Of a DNA stretch of 64,000 nt, positions 21,259-32,200 are shown in pieces. The DNA lies in assembly GCA_963847185.1 (NCBI GenBank), contig CAWJYV010000005.1, positions 61,216-125,215 of the forward strand. Reading direction: 5' to 3'. This DNA is from an uncultured Methanosarcinaceae archaeon. GTDB taxonomy: Archaea > Halobacteriota > Methanosarcinia > Methanosarcinales > Methanosarcinaceae. The notes under the pieces are model-generated. The model worked only from the letters and a program-made list of their open reading frames with translations. It was not told where the DNA came from and searched no databases. The translations under genes were made by a program, and so were the position numbers. How positions within the stretch are numbered: the stretch's first letter is position 1; every line of letters starts with the position of its first letter.

Positions 21259-22449
21259 ATGAGTTCTGAAGAACAAAAGGACAAAGCCTCCACAAAAGAA
21301 GGCAAACAGGAAAAAACTGGAGAGGGGACAGTTTCCGAAGATATGTATGTTCTGAATGATTCTGGGGATATGGCTGAAAAAGAAGTTAGCAACGAAATTC
21401 TTGCAGCCGAACTTAACGAGTGCGGATTGGACTTTCTCAGGCTAGGCAAATTAAATGAAGCGGTAGTTGCTTTTGATAAAGCAATCGAAAAAGATCCCAA
21501 GAATATCTATCTTTTAAACAATAAAGCTGCTGTCCTTGAAAGCCTCGGAAAGTTTGAAGAAGCTCTCAAACTCTATGAAAAAGCTGTCAAAATCAATCCT
21601 GAGGATCCGGATCTCTGGAACAATATGGCTTTTTCTTTATCCCAGGCTGGAAAATATGAGGAAGCTGTCAAAGCATATGAAAAAGCCCTTGAACTCAGGC
21701 CGGATTATCCTAATGCGTGGTATGGAAAAGCCCTGAATTTAAGTCAGGCAGGAGATTATGAAGAGGCATTGAAGCCTATGAAAAAGTTCTTGAAGAGAAT
21801 CCCGACTATAAAGAAGCCTGGGTGGGAAAGGGTATAGCTCTGGGACAGATGGGAAACTACGATGATGCAATCGTTGCATACGATAAAGCACTTGAGCTTG
21901 ATCCTGGATTTCTTGAAGCCTGGTATTATAAAGGCGTGGATCTTGACAGCCTTGGCAGTTACAGGCAGGCTCTCAAAGCCTATGAAAAGACAGTGGAAAT
22001 TGACCCAGAGAATGATGATGCCTGGAATAATATGGGAATAGACCTCGAAAACCTGGAACAGTATGAAGAGGCAATAAATGCTTTTGAAAAAGCAATTGAG
22101 ATCAATTCCGAAAAAGCCGATGTCTGGTACAACAAAGGCTTTACTCTTAGCCAGATGCAGAGATTTGAAGAAGCTGTCAAAGCATACAGAAAAGCTACAC
22201 AGCTCGATCCTGAGTATCTTGAAGCCTATTCAAGCTCTCGGTTTTGTGCTTGCCCAGCTCAAACGCTTTGAGGAGTCTCTTGAAACCTATGAAAAGGCAC
22301 TTGAACTTGATCCTCAGGCTGCAGATTCCTGGTTCGGAAAAGCTATCTGCCTGAGTTTCCTTGGGCGGGAAGAAGAAGCTGAAGAAGCATACAAAAAAGC
22401 CGTAGAAATCGATCCGGTGTATGCTGATGTTGGAAAAGATATACAGTAA
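21259..22449 (+). pseudogene. TPR protein split by two frameshifts (possible assembly error)
   Basis: Three overlapping ORFs (21259-21837, 21822-22271, 22078-22449) carry consecutive TPR repeats. Confidence 0.82.
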
Positions 22450-22715
22450 AAGCAGGACTTACCCTGTTTTTATTTTTATTTGCTACATGAACCCCGAAAA
22501 TAACCTGAATTTTTCTTACTGACTTTCCAGAAGAAGAATTCTAAAAATCCAAACAAAAGGCAAAACGATACAGGGAAAACAGCCCTTTTACAAAAGGGAA
22601 AAACTTTTCAATACATATTTATCTTTCCTTATAGTAGAAATTTATTTTTTTAGAGCAGACATTTATCTTTCCTTATAATTAAAAACACTTCTTTGCAGGA
22701 TAAGCGGATGAAAGA

Positions 22716-23621
22716 ATGAAAGGATGGATTCTTTATAAAAGTACAGCTTCGGAATTAAATCCAGAAGTATATGAAATGCACCGCTTCATCGAGGTTGCAC
22801 GCCAGAAAGGAATAGAACTCAGAGTAGTAAAACCTGACCAGTTTGATATTATAGTGACAAGAGACGATAGAAAAAGCATACTTTTGGACGGGGAAGTTGT
22901 TCCTCTCCCTGATTTTCTCCTGCCGAGGATGGGAGCAGGCACAACCTACTTTGCTCTTGCAGTCATCCGCCACCTTGAGCGCCTGGGAGTTCGTGTGTTC
23001 AATTCCTCTCAGAGCGTTGATACAGTCAAGGACAAGCTCTATTCCCAGCAGATTCTGGCAGAAAGAGAAATTTCTTCTCCCAAAACCATGTTTGCCAAAA
23101 ACCCTGTCAATATATGCCTGGTTGAAAAATATCTGGGATTTCCTCTTATCGTAAAAGCCCTCTCAGGCTCCATGGGTAAAGGCATCTTCCTTTCGGAGAA
23201 CCACACCAATTTTCGGGACCTTATGGAGCTGATCCATGTAAGCAACCCAAATGCAAACATTATTCTCCAGGAATTCATAAAGTCCAGCATCGGACGGGAT
23301 CTCCGCGTCCTTGTGATCGGTGGCAGGGCAGTTGCCTGTATGGAGCGCATAGCCCCGGAAGGCAGTTTCAAGTCCAATTACTCAAGAGGGGGAGAAGTCC
23401 GCAAATTCGAGATGACTCCTGAGATAGAAAAACTGGCGACCGAAACAGTCAGTATCTTCGGCCTTGAAATCGCAGGTATCGACCTTCTCTTCGACGGCGA
23501 CCACTTTAAAGTCTGCGAAGCAAATTCTTCCCCAGGTTTCGAAGGAATCGAGAAATGCTGCGATATCAATGTTGCAGGCATGATTTACGATTTTATAAGG
23601 GAAGATGTAGAGAAAAAGTAA
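22716..23621 (+). CDS. RimK-family ATP-grasp alpha-L-glutamate ligase
   Basis: DKLYSQQIL, GFPLIVK..GSMGKGI, QEFIKSS.GRDLRV, FKSNYSRGG, AGIDLL and EANSSPGFEG. Confidence 0.9.
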   Translation: MKGWILYKSTASELNPEVYEMHRFIEVARQKGIELRVVKPDQFDIIVTRDDRKSILLDGEVVPLPDFLLPRMGAGTTYFALAVIRHLERLGVRVFNSSQSVDTVKDKLYSQQILAEREISSPKTMFAKNPVNICLVEKYLGFPLIVKALSGSMGKGIFLSENHTNFRDLMELIHVSNPNANIILQEFIKSSIGRDLRVLVIGGRAVACMERIAPEGSFKSNYSRGGEVRKFEMTPEIEKLATETVSIFGLEIAGIDLLFDGDHFKVCEANSSPGFEGIEKCCDINVAGMIYDFIREDVEKK

Positions 23622-24041
23622 AGGTATACTTTTTCCAATTCTCATTAAAAAGATGCTTCATTAGGCTGTTGCCCTTAAAGCTTATAAAACGAATGATTTT
23701 TTCCAAAAATTAGCAGGTAACGTTTACTCTTTATTATTTATTTTAACAATTCTTTTTCATAACTATTTATTGCTGAGGTTAATTTCTCGGAATAACTGTA
23801 GATATCATTCAAGTCAGCAATTGCTGTCTTTTCAGATTTTTTATCTTCATCGACAAAAAGTTTATGATTACTTCCTTCTAAATGATTAAAATTAGAAATT
23901 AATTAGAAAAGTTAGGTAGACGCATAAGAAAGACGCAGTCATGCAGTCATAAAAATTAATAGCCGTTTTTAAAAATTTTCATCAAACAAAGATTTCAAGA
24001 ATTCTGTTTGCACTTCTAAAATTTTTGCGTTTCTAAAGCCC

Positions 24042-24470
24042 TTATTTCTTTTCTTCAACTGTCACAGTTCCTTCCATAGCAGGATGGATCGAACAATTAT
24101 AATTGTAGATTCCCGGCTCCGTAAACAGGAACTCGTATGTGCCTCCTTTTTCCAATACATCTGACTCGAAAGTAGATCCTCTCACTGTATGAATAGCTGA
24201 ATCCATATTAGTCCATTTTATTGTATCACCTGATGATATTGTGACTGAAGCAGGTTTAAAGGCAGAATCCTCAATGGCAACTTCAACAATTTTACCTTCT
24301 CCTGCAGGTTGAGGCTCTTCAGCCGGAGTTATTGCTTCAGCCGGAGTTACAGGTTTCTCAACTGGAGTTCCTTCTTCTGTGGTTTTAGCTCCTTTATCAC
24401 CGGTATCTGTGCATCCTATTGCGAAGAATATACTTAACAGGACTACGAAAATCACAAGTTCTCTTCTCAT
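24042..24470 (-). CDS. Cupredoxin (plastocyanin/azurin-like) lipoprotein
   Basis: Lipobox AIGC, Pro/Thr linker, type-1 Cu ligands HTV and CSIHPAM. Confidence 0.9.
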   Translation of the reverse strand: MRRELVIFVVLLSIFFAIGCTDTGDKGAKTTEEGTPVEKPVTPAEAITPAEEPQPAGEGKIVEVAIEDSAFKPASVTISSGDTIKWTNMDSAIHTVRGSTFESDVLEKGGTYEFLFTEPGIYNYNCSIHPAMEGTVTVEEKK

Positions 24471-24737
24471 TCAATCCCTCCGAAAAATAAGGTACTATAT
24501 AATTAACAACTTTATTTTATAATAATTCCTACGAAATTCTGAACATAGTTCTTCTAATTATTAAATGAATGGGCAGGAATTTAGAAAGCAGCAAATACTC
24601 GTAGCAAATCAATTACTTAATTATTCTGGTTTACTTCACCCCGTTTATATAAAAATTAAATTAAATTAAATTAAATTAAATTCAGATCTCGCGAATTGCA
24701 GTGATCTTAATTATCTTTTCCCTTTAAAAAGTAGATG

Positions 24738-25220
24738 TTAAATTACTGTCACAGTTCCTTTCATAGAAGGATGTATCGAACACTCGTAGTTATAGATCCC
24801 GGATTTACTAAAAATAAATGTATATGAGTCTCCTTCGCGCAGAGTATCAGACTCAAAACCAGGACCTTTCACTGTATGAGTGCTTGAGTCAAGATTCGTC
24901 CATTTTACGGTATCTCCAGCTGATATTGTGGCTTCGTTCGGGTTAAAGGCAAAATCCTTAATTGACACATCAACGATCTTACTTTTCACAGGGGTTTCTG
25001 TTGTTTCGTTGAAAAATGGAATAGAAGGTGTTGAATTTGGAATTGGAGATCCGGGAGTTTCATTTGGTACTGGAATTACAAGAGTTTCATTAGAAATTGG
25101 AATTGAAGGCACTTCATGCGGAGTTAAAGGTTTTTGAGTATCATTGCCTGTATTGCCTGTACATCCTATCGCCAGAAATGTACTAAACAAGGTCATGAAA
25201 ATAATGAGTTCTCTTCTCAT
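24738..25220 (-). CDS. Cupredoxin lipoprotein paralog
   Basis: Lipobox AIGC, P/N/E/T-rich linker, ligands HTV and CSIHPSM. Confidence 0.9.
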   Translation of the reverse strand: MRRELIIFMTLFSTFLAIGCTGNTGNDTQKPLTPHEVPSIPISNETLVIPVPNETPGSPIPNSTPSIPFFNETTETPVKSKIVDVSIKDFAFNPNEATISAGDTVKWTNLDSSTHTVKGPGFESDTLREGDSYTFIFSKSGIYNYECSIHPSMKGTVTVI

Positions 25221-25704
25221 CCGTTCCCTTCCTTCAAAGATTAGATGCCTATTAGATGCCTTATAATTAATATTTCGATTTTATAATAGTTGCTACAATG
25301 TTCTAAACAGACATTCTAATTATCAGTGCATGAAAAGAATTTTAAATGAAAACCACTTTTCGAGATGCCCTTTTAATATTTACAATTTCTCACGATCTCG
25401 TTTTTTTTGAAAACCTTCCTGTTTACTCAAACATATTTATTAAAAGATCCACAAAATCCCACAATTCTCTACCTTTTGCCTTCATTGGAATTTCCAGCCT
25501 CCATTTTCCGAAGCTTCGGTTGAGATAATAACTGCAGATTTTCGAATAAATATCCAAAAACGATGACAAGAAAAATGTTATTTTTTTGAAGACATCTGCG
25601 GAAGGTAGGATGAAAGGAGCCGCACTCTAAAAATGTTTTATTGAGGGCAGAGTTCTGATCCATGCTTCAATCAAAAAATAAGTAGCTTTTTTAGAGTTGT
25701 TAAA

Positions 25705-26125
25705 TTACTCTGCCCATATCTTATTAGTCAAAGTATTTTCTTTATTTTCCGTTGAGAAGTTACTGTGATTACTTCTCATTTTTAGCTACAGTAGTCCTAC
25801 TTGCAGTAGTATTGTTCCTGTGATTAGTTTATAGTAGTGTTGTTACCTTTTATAGTGGTCCTATTTATAGTAGCGTTTTCACCTTTTATAGAGGTCCGAT
25901 TTATTCTACAGCCGGAGTTACTGCCGTCACTGGAGTTTCCTCAACTACTGCAGTCACGGCTACTATTCTGAACTGGAGTTACAGCCTCACTGCAGTAACT
26001 ACCTCACTGGAGTTACAGCTTCAACTGGAGTTCCGGCTTCAGTCGGAGTTTTTTCCTTTACCAGCACATCCTATCGCTAGGAATATACCAAACAATACAA
26101 TCAAAATAATCAGTGCTTTTCTCAT
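25705..26125 (-). pseudogene. Third lipoprotein paralog, multiply frameshifted, no cupredoxin domain visible
   Basis: Manual translation MRKALIILIVLFGIFLAIGCAGK, then EAVTPV-type repeats in shifting frames; shares the upstream motif of the two cupredoxins. The 3' end is approximate. Confidence 0.6.
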
Positions 26126-26373
26126 ATTTTTCCCCCACTTAATATTGTGTGTTTTATAACGGATGCTTTATAATTGATATTGAAGTTTTATAATGATTAC
26201 TGCTAGATTCTGAACATAATTCTCTTTATGCCTTCAGTTTATTGGCCATTCAAACTTACTCAGGATACAGCTATCTACAGCAATTTAAGAAAATTGCTTT
26301 TTATTAGATTCCCCCTTAATTATAATACTTGAAACCTCGATATTATTAGAGGACGATTTTTAGGGGTAAGGCC

Positions 26374-27744
26374 ATGAAACTCAAGTCTATTAATCCCTAT
26401 ACTGAGGAAGTAAACTGGATATACGATTCTTTTTCTTTCGAGGAATGTGAAACCAGGATTGAAAATGCCAGATCGGCTTTTTCGAAATGGAGTTCATTCC
26501 CTGTTGAAGAAAGAGCAAAATATTTTGAAAGGGTCGCAGAGGTGCTTCTAAAAAACACCGATGCCTGCGCTGAAATTATCACAAAAGAGATGGGAAAACC
26601 TATCCGGCAGTCTAGGGGCGAAATTAAGAAGTGCGCCATGGTCTGTAATTATTATGCGGAAAACGCGGCTGTGTTTCTAAAAGATGAACCTGTCAATATA
26701 GGGGTTGAAAGAAGTTATGTAACTTTTGAGCCTCTTGGAGCAATTCTTGGGATTATGCCCTGGAACTTCCCTTTCTTGCAGGTTTTCAGGTTTGCAGTAC
26801 CCGCAATGTGTGCAGGAAATGTCTGTTTACTCAAGCATGCCTCAAACGTGCCCAGATCAGCTCTTGAAATTGAGAGAATTTTTCTGGAAGCTGGACTTCC
26901 GAAAAATGTTTTTAACACTTTGCTAATTGACTCGAAAACAGCCATGGAGATTATTGAAGAAGATCTGGTAGACGGGGTTTCCTATACCGGCAGCATAAAT
27001 GCAGGCTCGGAAATAGGGGAGCTTGCAGGAGGGATGATTAAGCCTCTGGTACTGGAGCTGGGGGGATCTGACCCTTTCATAGTGCTTGAAGATGCTGATA
27101 TAGAGAAGGCTGCACAGGTAGCTGTCAAGTCCCGTTTCCTCAATACCGGACAAAGCCGTACTGCTGCCAAGAGATTTATTGTTGTAGAAGACGTTGTGGT
27201 GGACTTTATTGAGGCACTTGACCTCCATATGCAGGAGCTAAAAATAGGGGATCCGATGGATGAGGACACAGATATAGGGCCTCTTGCAAAAAAGGAATTT
27301 GTCGAAAGTCTTGAGAAATTCCTGAAAGATGCGAGAAAAAAAGGAGCGGAGCCTCATGTATATGGAGAAGAGCATAAAAAAGGTTTTTTCTTCAGACCAG
27401 CTCTTATTCCTGCAGCGAGCACTGATATGAAGGTTTGCAATATGGAGGTTTTCGGGCCAATTGCGCCGGTAATCGCAGCAAAGGACGAGGAAGAGGCTGT
27501 AAAAATTGCAAACTCTACGGATTACGGACTTGGAGCCGCAATCTGGTCCGGAGATACAGAAAGGGCCCGGAGACTGGCAAAAAAGGTAAAGGCAGGATTT
27601 GTAGTAATTAATGGAATGGTCAGATCCGACCCAAGGATGCCTTTCGGCGGGGTAAAGAAGTCCGGAGTTGGCAGAGAATTCTCTCACTATGGGCTTAAGG
27701 AGTTTGTAAACATAAAAGCTGTTGTAAACAAACAAGATTACTGA
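26374..27744 (+). CDS. Aldehyde dehydrogenase, SSADH (GabD/Sad)-like, with Arg at the catalytic Cys position
   Basis: IMPWNFP, KHASNVP, YTGS, LELGGSDP, EVFGP and PFGGVKKSG. The GQSC motif reads GQSR. Confidence 0.9.
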   Translation: MKLKSINPYTEEVNWIYDSFSFEECETRIENARSAFSKWSSFPVEERAKYFERVAEVLLKNTDACAEIITKEMGKPIRQSRGEIKKCAMVCNYYAENAAVFLKDEPVNIGVERSYVTFEPLGAILGIMPWNFPFLQVFRFAVPAMCAGNVCLLKHASNVPRSALEIERIFLEAGLPKNVFNTLLIDSKTAMEIIEEDLVDGVSYTGSINAGSEIGELAGGMIKPLVLELGGSDPFIVLEDADIEKAAQVAVKSRFLNTGQSRTAAKRFIVVEDVVVDFIEALDLHMQELKIGDPMDEDTDIGPLAKKEFVESLEKFLKDARKKGAEPHVYGEEHKKGFFFRPALIPAASTDMKVCNMEVFGPIAPVIAAKDEEEAVKIANSTDYGLGAAIWSGDTERARRLAKKVKAGFVVINGMVRSDPRMPFGGVKKSGVGREFSHYGLKEFVNIKAVVNKQDY

Positions 27745-27898
27745 AAACGTAAGAATCTAATTAAAGAGATCTTATTAAGGAGTCCGACGAAAGGATCTGA
27801 TTAAAATGATCTGATTGAAAAAGTTAAATTAATCTCATCAAAAGATTTGTTTGAACAAAATTATAAAGCCATCAACACAGCAGTATTGGAGTTTTTTC

Positions 27899-29533
27899 AT
27901 GAAAGCTTCGGATCTTTTTGTTTCCCAGCTTGAAGAAGAAGGTGTGGAATACATTTTTGGACTGCCAGGAGAAGAAAACCTCGATCTTCTTGAGTCTCTA
28001 AGGCACTCAAAAATTAAATTGATAATAACGAGGCATGAGCAGGCTGCAGCGTTCATGGCTGCAACCTATGGAAGATTGACAGGAAAAACAGGGGTTTGTT
28101 TTTCAACGCTTGGACCAGGAGCCACTAACCTGGTTACAGGCGTTGCCCAGGCACAGCTAACAGGATCTCCTTTTATCTCCATATCCGGACAGAAGGCACT
28201 TACTGATAACTGGCAGGCCCGTTTTCAGCTTGTAGATGTCGTCAGGATGATGGAGCCGCTCTGCAAAAAAGCCGTATCTATCACCGACCCGGGGATGATC
28301 CCTACAGTAATCCGGAACGCCTTCAAACATGCAGAAGCTGAAAGGCCAGGGGCCGTGCATATAGAACTTCCGGAGGATGTGGCTGAAGAAGAAACAGAGG
28401 CAACAATCCAAAAGAGATCTGAGATTAAAATCCCTTACCCTGGTCCTGAAGCCATAAAAATGGCAGTGGCTATGGTCTGTGAAGCTAAAAACCCTCTGAT
28501 TATCGTTTCCTCTGGAGCTAACCGAAAAGCAGTCACTAAAGAGCTTGAAGAATTTGTAAGAAGAACGGGTATCTACATAGTGCACACCCAGATGGGGAAA
28601 GGAGTTGTTCCTGATGATTGTATTTACAGCCTCTTTGCAACAGGGATCCACGCCAGAGATTATGTCAACTGTGGAATTGATGGGGCAGACCTGATTATTA
28701 CAGTAGGATATGATATCGTGGAATACCCTCCCTACCTCTGGAACAGGGAGCTGGACAAGAAAATCATAAATGTTGACTTTGTGGAATCCGTACCTGACAG
28801 ATACTTTAATCCTGCGATAGAAATCATTGGAGACATTGCTTCTTCAATAAAGGAACTTGCCGCAAGCATTCCGGAAAAGCGAGAGTTTCCTATCTTTAAG
28901 AATACCAGACGTTTTATTGAGGAAAAAATAGACTCTCCTGCCAGAAATGGTTATCCTCCTCTTCCCCAGACAGTGGTTCAGGATGTCAGAAAAGTGCTTG
29001 GGAGAGAGGATATAATCACACTGGACAACGGAATCTACAAGCTCTGGTTCTCTCGCCTTTACAAGACCTATGCTCCTAATACCGTTATTCTGGACAATGC
29101 CCTGGCATCTATGGGTGCGGGGCTACCTGCAGGGATTACTGCAAAACTTCTTTATCCTGAACGAAGGGTGCTTGCAATCTGTGGGGATGGCGGTTTCATG
29201 ATGAACTGTCAGGAGCTCGAAACAGCAATACGCTATGGAATTCCTGTTGTTGTCCTTATTCTCAATGACAATGCTTTTGGCTTCATTAAATGGAAGCAGA
29301 AGAAAAAACATTTTGAGGACTTCGGGCTGGATTATGGAAACCCCGATTTTTCTCTCTTTGCCGAGAGCTTTGGAGCTGCAGGTATCAAGGTCAGAGAGGG
29401 GGATGATCTTATAGAAGTTCTTGAGAGAGCTTTTGCCCTGAATAAGGTAGTTGTTATCGAATGCCCCATCGACTATTCAGTGAATTACGAAACTTTTTCG
29501 ATAGAATTGGGAAATCTTATATGTAAATTCTAA
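27899..29533 (+). CDS. Acetolactate synthase large subunit-like ThDP enzyme
   Basis: FGLPGEENL, TRHEQAAAFMA, TLGPGATN and the ThDP motif GDGGFMM...ND. Confidence 0.92.
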   Translation: MKASDLFVSQLEEEGVEYIFGLPGEENLDLLESLRHSKIKLIITRHEQAAAFMAATYGRLTGKTGVCFSTLGPGATNLVTGVAQAQLTGSPFISISGQKALTDNWQARFQLVDVVRMMEPLCKKAVSITDPGMIPTVIRNAFKHAEAERPGAVHIELPEDVAEEETEATIQKRSEIKIPYPGPEAIKMAVAMVCEAKNPLIIVSSGANRKAVTKELEEFVRRTGIYIVHTQMGKGVVPDDCIYSLFATGIHARDYVNCGIDGADLIITVGYDIVEYPPYLWNRELDKKIINVDFVESVPDRYFNPAIEIIGDIASSIKELAASIPEKREFPIFKNTRRFIEEKIDSPARNGYPPLPQTVVQDVRKVLGREDIITLDNGIYKLWFSRLYKTYAPNTVILDNALASMGAGLPAGITAKLLYPERRVLAICGDGGFMMNCQELETAIRYGIPVVVLILNDNAFGFIKWKQKKKHFEDFGLDYGNPDFSLFAESFGAAGIKVREGDDLIEVLERAFALNKVVVIECPIDYSVNYETFSIELGNLICKF

Positions 29534-29671
29534 TAGGCGTTCTAATGAGAATCTGATGATACAACGTTCAGAATTGTTGAATAGTGGATGATTGACGCAG
29601 CACCATTCATTCACTTAAAGATTTATTATTTTTAAAATAGTTTATATACATCCACTTCCTAAAATAAGCTT

Positions 29672-30043
29672 ATGGAAGAGGGCAAAATGAAGAACACAAT
29701 CACGAGAAGTTTTGAGCTTCAGGACTACAAAATAGAAGGAACAGAACTCTCCGGTTTCTGGGCAGATTTACAGAGCAAGGAAGAACTGATAGTTGAGGTA
29801 AACTACAGCCCTGAAAACAAAAAAGCCTTCAGTCCCGAAGAAACGAAAACTCTTGTCCAAAAAGCCTGTGAGAAGTGTGAAAGCTTTGAAGCTCAGCTTC
29901 CTGAAAACATAAGATGTGAAGCCACCTTCAAAAACTTAAGCGAAAAGGTTTACAAAATAAATGAACCTGATTTTGAGCTGGAACCCAGGGAATTAGAAGA
30001 GCTTCAGGTTGCTTACCGTTTTTTTGTCGAGTATTATGTTTGA
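29672..30043 (+). CDS. Hypothetical protein
   Basis: 123-aa acidic ORF with coding-like composition. Confidence 0.75.
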   Translation: MEEGKMKNTITRSFELQDYKIEGTELSGFWADLQSKEELIVEVNYSPENKKAFSPEETKTLVQKACEKCESFEAQLPENIRCEATFKNLSEKVYKINEPDFELEPRELEELQVAYRFFVEYYV

Positions 30044-30099
30044 TTATTAACAGAAAAATGTACGAAGGATATTATTGAAAAATTGGAAGAAAAAAGATA

Positions 30100-30711
30100 T
30101 CAGCTCTTTTTGTTTCTTCCAAAAATGAACATTATACCTATTATTGCTACGACTGGCAGGACCATTGACGGAAACTCGGGAATATTGGTCGTAGGCGGAT
30201 TTTCGGGTGTACAGCTATCACAGGGACCTGCAAAAAATGCACTACCACTTCCCCAACGAACATGGGCTGCGATTTCGAAACCATTTCCATTATTTGGTAT
30301 GTCAGAAATCGGATTCTTCAGAGTAATTACTACCCTGTTGGCACCTGATCCAGGAGATTTATAAGCAGAAGAGTATTGTCCAGTACTACTTATCTGGTAT
30401 GGTGAATTGCCACCCTTAAGCTCCCAGTCAACAATCGTTTTCTTAATTTCTTTTTTGCCTTCTTCTATCGTCGTTGATTCTACATAAGAAGAAGGAAGGT
30501 TAAATGCTATTTCATCGATTTTAACATCGTTTCCAGTAGTCTTATCAGTTGCCCAGATAGTTATTACTTTGCCTTCATACATAGCATGAACCGTTACAAG
30601 ATCTGTAGCTCCTGCTGTATTAGAGTAACTTAAATCAAAACTCTGGGCGCTGGCTATTCCTGTTGCTAGAACCACAAATGTAATAATCCCAATAATGTGT
30701 GCCGTTTTCAT
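30100..30711 (-). CDS. PEF-CTERM surface protein
   Basis: Signal peptide ending IASA; C-terminal IPEFPSMVLPVVAIIGIMFIFGRNKKS. Confidence 0.9.
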   Translation of the reverse strand: MKTAHIIGIITFVVLATGIASAQSFDLSYSNTAGATDLVTVHAMYEGKVITIWATDKTTGNDVKIDEIAFNLPSSYVESTTIEEGKKEIKKTIVDWELKGGNSPYQISSTGQYSSAYKSPGSGANRVVITLKNPISDIPNNGNGFEIAAHVRWGSGSAFFAGPCDSCTPENPPTTNIPEFPSMVLPVVAIIGIMFIFGRNKKS

Positions 30712-31071
30712 TTTTTAGACCCCACTTATAGATGCTGAGTAAATATTGATTAGTGTAACTATATGTAAATAAGATTAATTATTCAAAATTAATTTTGATA
30801 GTAAATTCGCTTATTCGAAAAATAATGGGCAGCAATAGATAGAAAATATTAAATTAAAATCTCAAAAATATTAGCTGTTTTATAATGTAGTTAGGAGTAT
30901 ACTATTCAAAAACGCATGAAAAACAATCTTGAAATAATAAAGAGGCAAAAACTGTGAAGTAAAAAGAAATAACTTAAAAGAGAGGAAATGCACAAAAATA
31001 GTACATATCCAAAAACTGAGAAAAAAGAAAAATTCAAGCTTTAAGAGAGCTTCAATTGATAAAGTGACTAC

Positions 31072-31683
31072 TTATTCCTTTCTTCTCCTTCCAAAAATGA
31101 ACATCAAACCTAGTATTGCTGCAACTGGCAAAGCCATTGTGGGGAATTCAGGAATTTGTGAAGTGCCTCCTACCCAAGTACTACCTACGATAAGATCCTC
31201 GGGGTTGTCTTCATCACCAAAAGAAATATGAGCAGCTATACTATACCCATTATCATTTACAGGCAGCGTATCAAAGGACTTATCCAGTTTAATTTCAATA
31301 GGTCCTCTCGTTTTTATACTATCGCGACTTACGTATATGGTCGAAAAACTTCCAAACCCAGCTCGATTAAAGCTTTCTTTTTCATTTGGTTTCGGGAGTG
31401 TCCAAATACTGTGTTTAGAACTAGTATCAATAACACTCGTTACTTTATTGTCAGATGGGTTAACGATCCCAATAGCTTTTATATCTACATTAGAAACTGT
31501 ATCGAGATCTGGACTAACATCTGTAACAGTAATAGTATCTCCATTATAAACCACTTTAATATCAATTATACCATTATACGTAGGATCATTTACTTTTGTC
31601 AAATGGAACTCTGTTTCTGCACTCGCAGAGCCAACGCTTACTAATAAAAATAATAGTACTCCAATTATGTATGCTGTTTTCAT
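31072..31683 (-). CDS. PEF-CTERM surface protein
   Basis: MKTAYIIGV signal peptide; C-terminal IPEFPTMALPVAAILGLMFIFGRRRKE. Confidence 0.9.
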   Translation of the reverse strand: MKTAYIIGVLLFLLVSVGSASAETEFHLTKVNDPTYNGIIDIKVVYNGDTITVTDVSPDLDTVSNVDIKAIGIVNPSDNKVTSVIDTSSKHSIWTLPKPNEKESFNRAGFGSFSTIYVSRDSIKTRGPIEIKLDKSFDTLPVNDNGYSIAAHISFGDEDNPEDLIVGSTWVGGTSQIPEFPTMALPVAAILGLMFIFGRRRKE

Positions 31684-32200
31684 AACTAAAACCCCTTCAG
31701 ATAAACTAAGAAACATTCTTCCTTATATAACTATAAATAAATAAACTTATTTAGTTAAATATATCTTAGACTGTATAATAATGAAGAAAAAGATAACCAC
31801 CAATTTAAGACTTTGGATATTTATTTAAATTATTAAAGATTTTAATATTCACCTTTCCGAAATGTATGAATTATGTACAAATAAATCAGGAAGAAGCTTA
31901 AATTGACTCTTGAGCCTGAAACTTTATTTGGTTCATTTAAGCCTATGATGAATATGCTGCTCGTTTTACTATTTATTCTATTTATGTTATTCGTGTCAAC
32001 TTTTGTTTATCCAAAGCAAAATAAAAAAAGATACATGAGTCAGAGCTAAAACTTGAAGCTGAAAAAAGGCTAGAGTTAAAAAAGAGATGGAAAGAGCCGA
32101 GACTGGAAAGGCTGAAAAAACGGATGACAAGGATAGAGATGCCAATTATGGGAGCTTTGACAGAGACGGGGACTGAAAAAATAAATGAAGAAAGAGTTTG

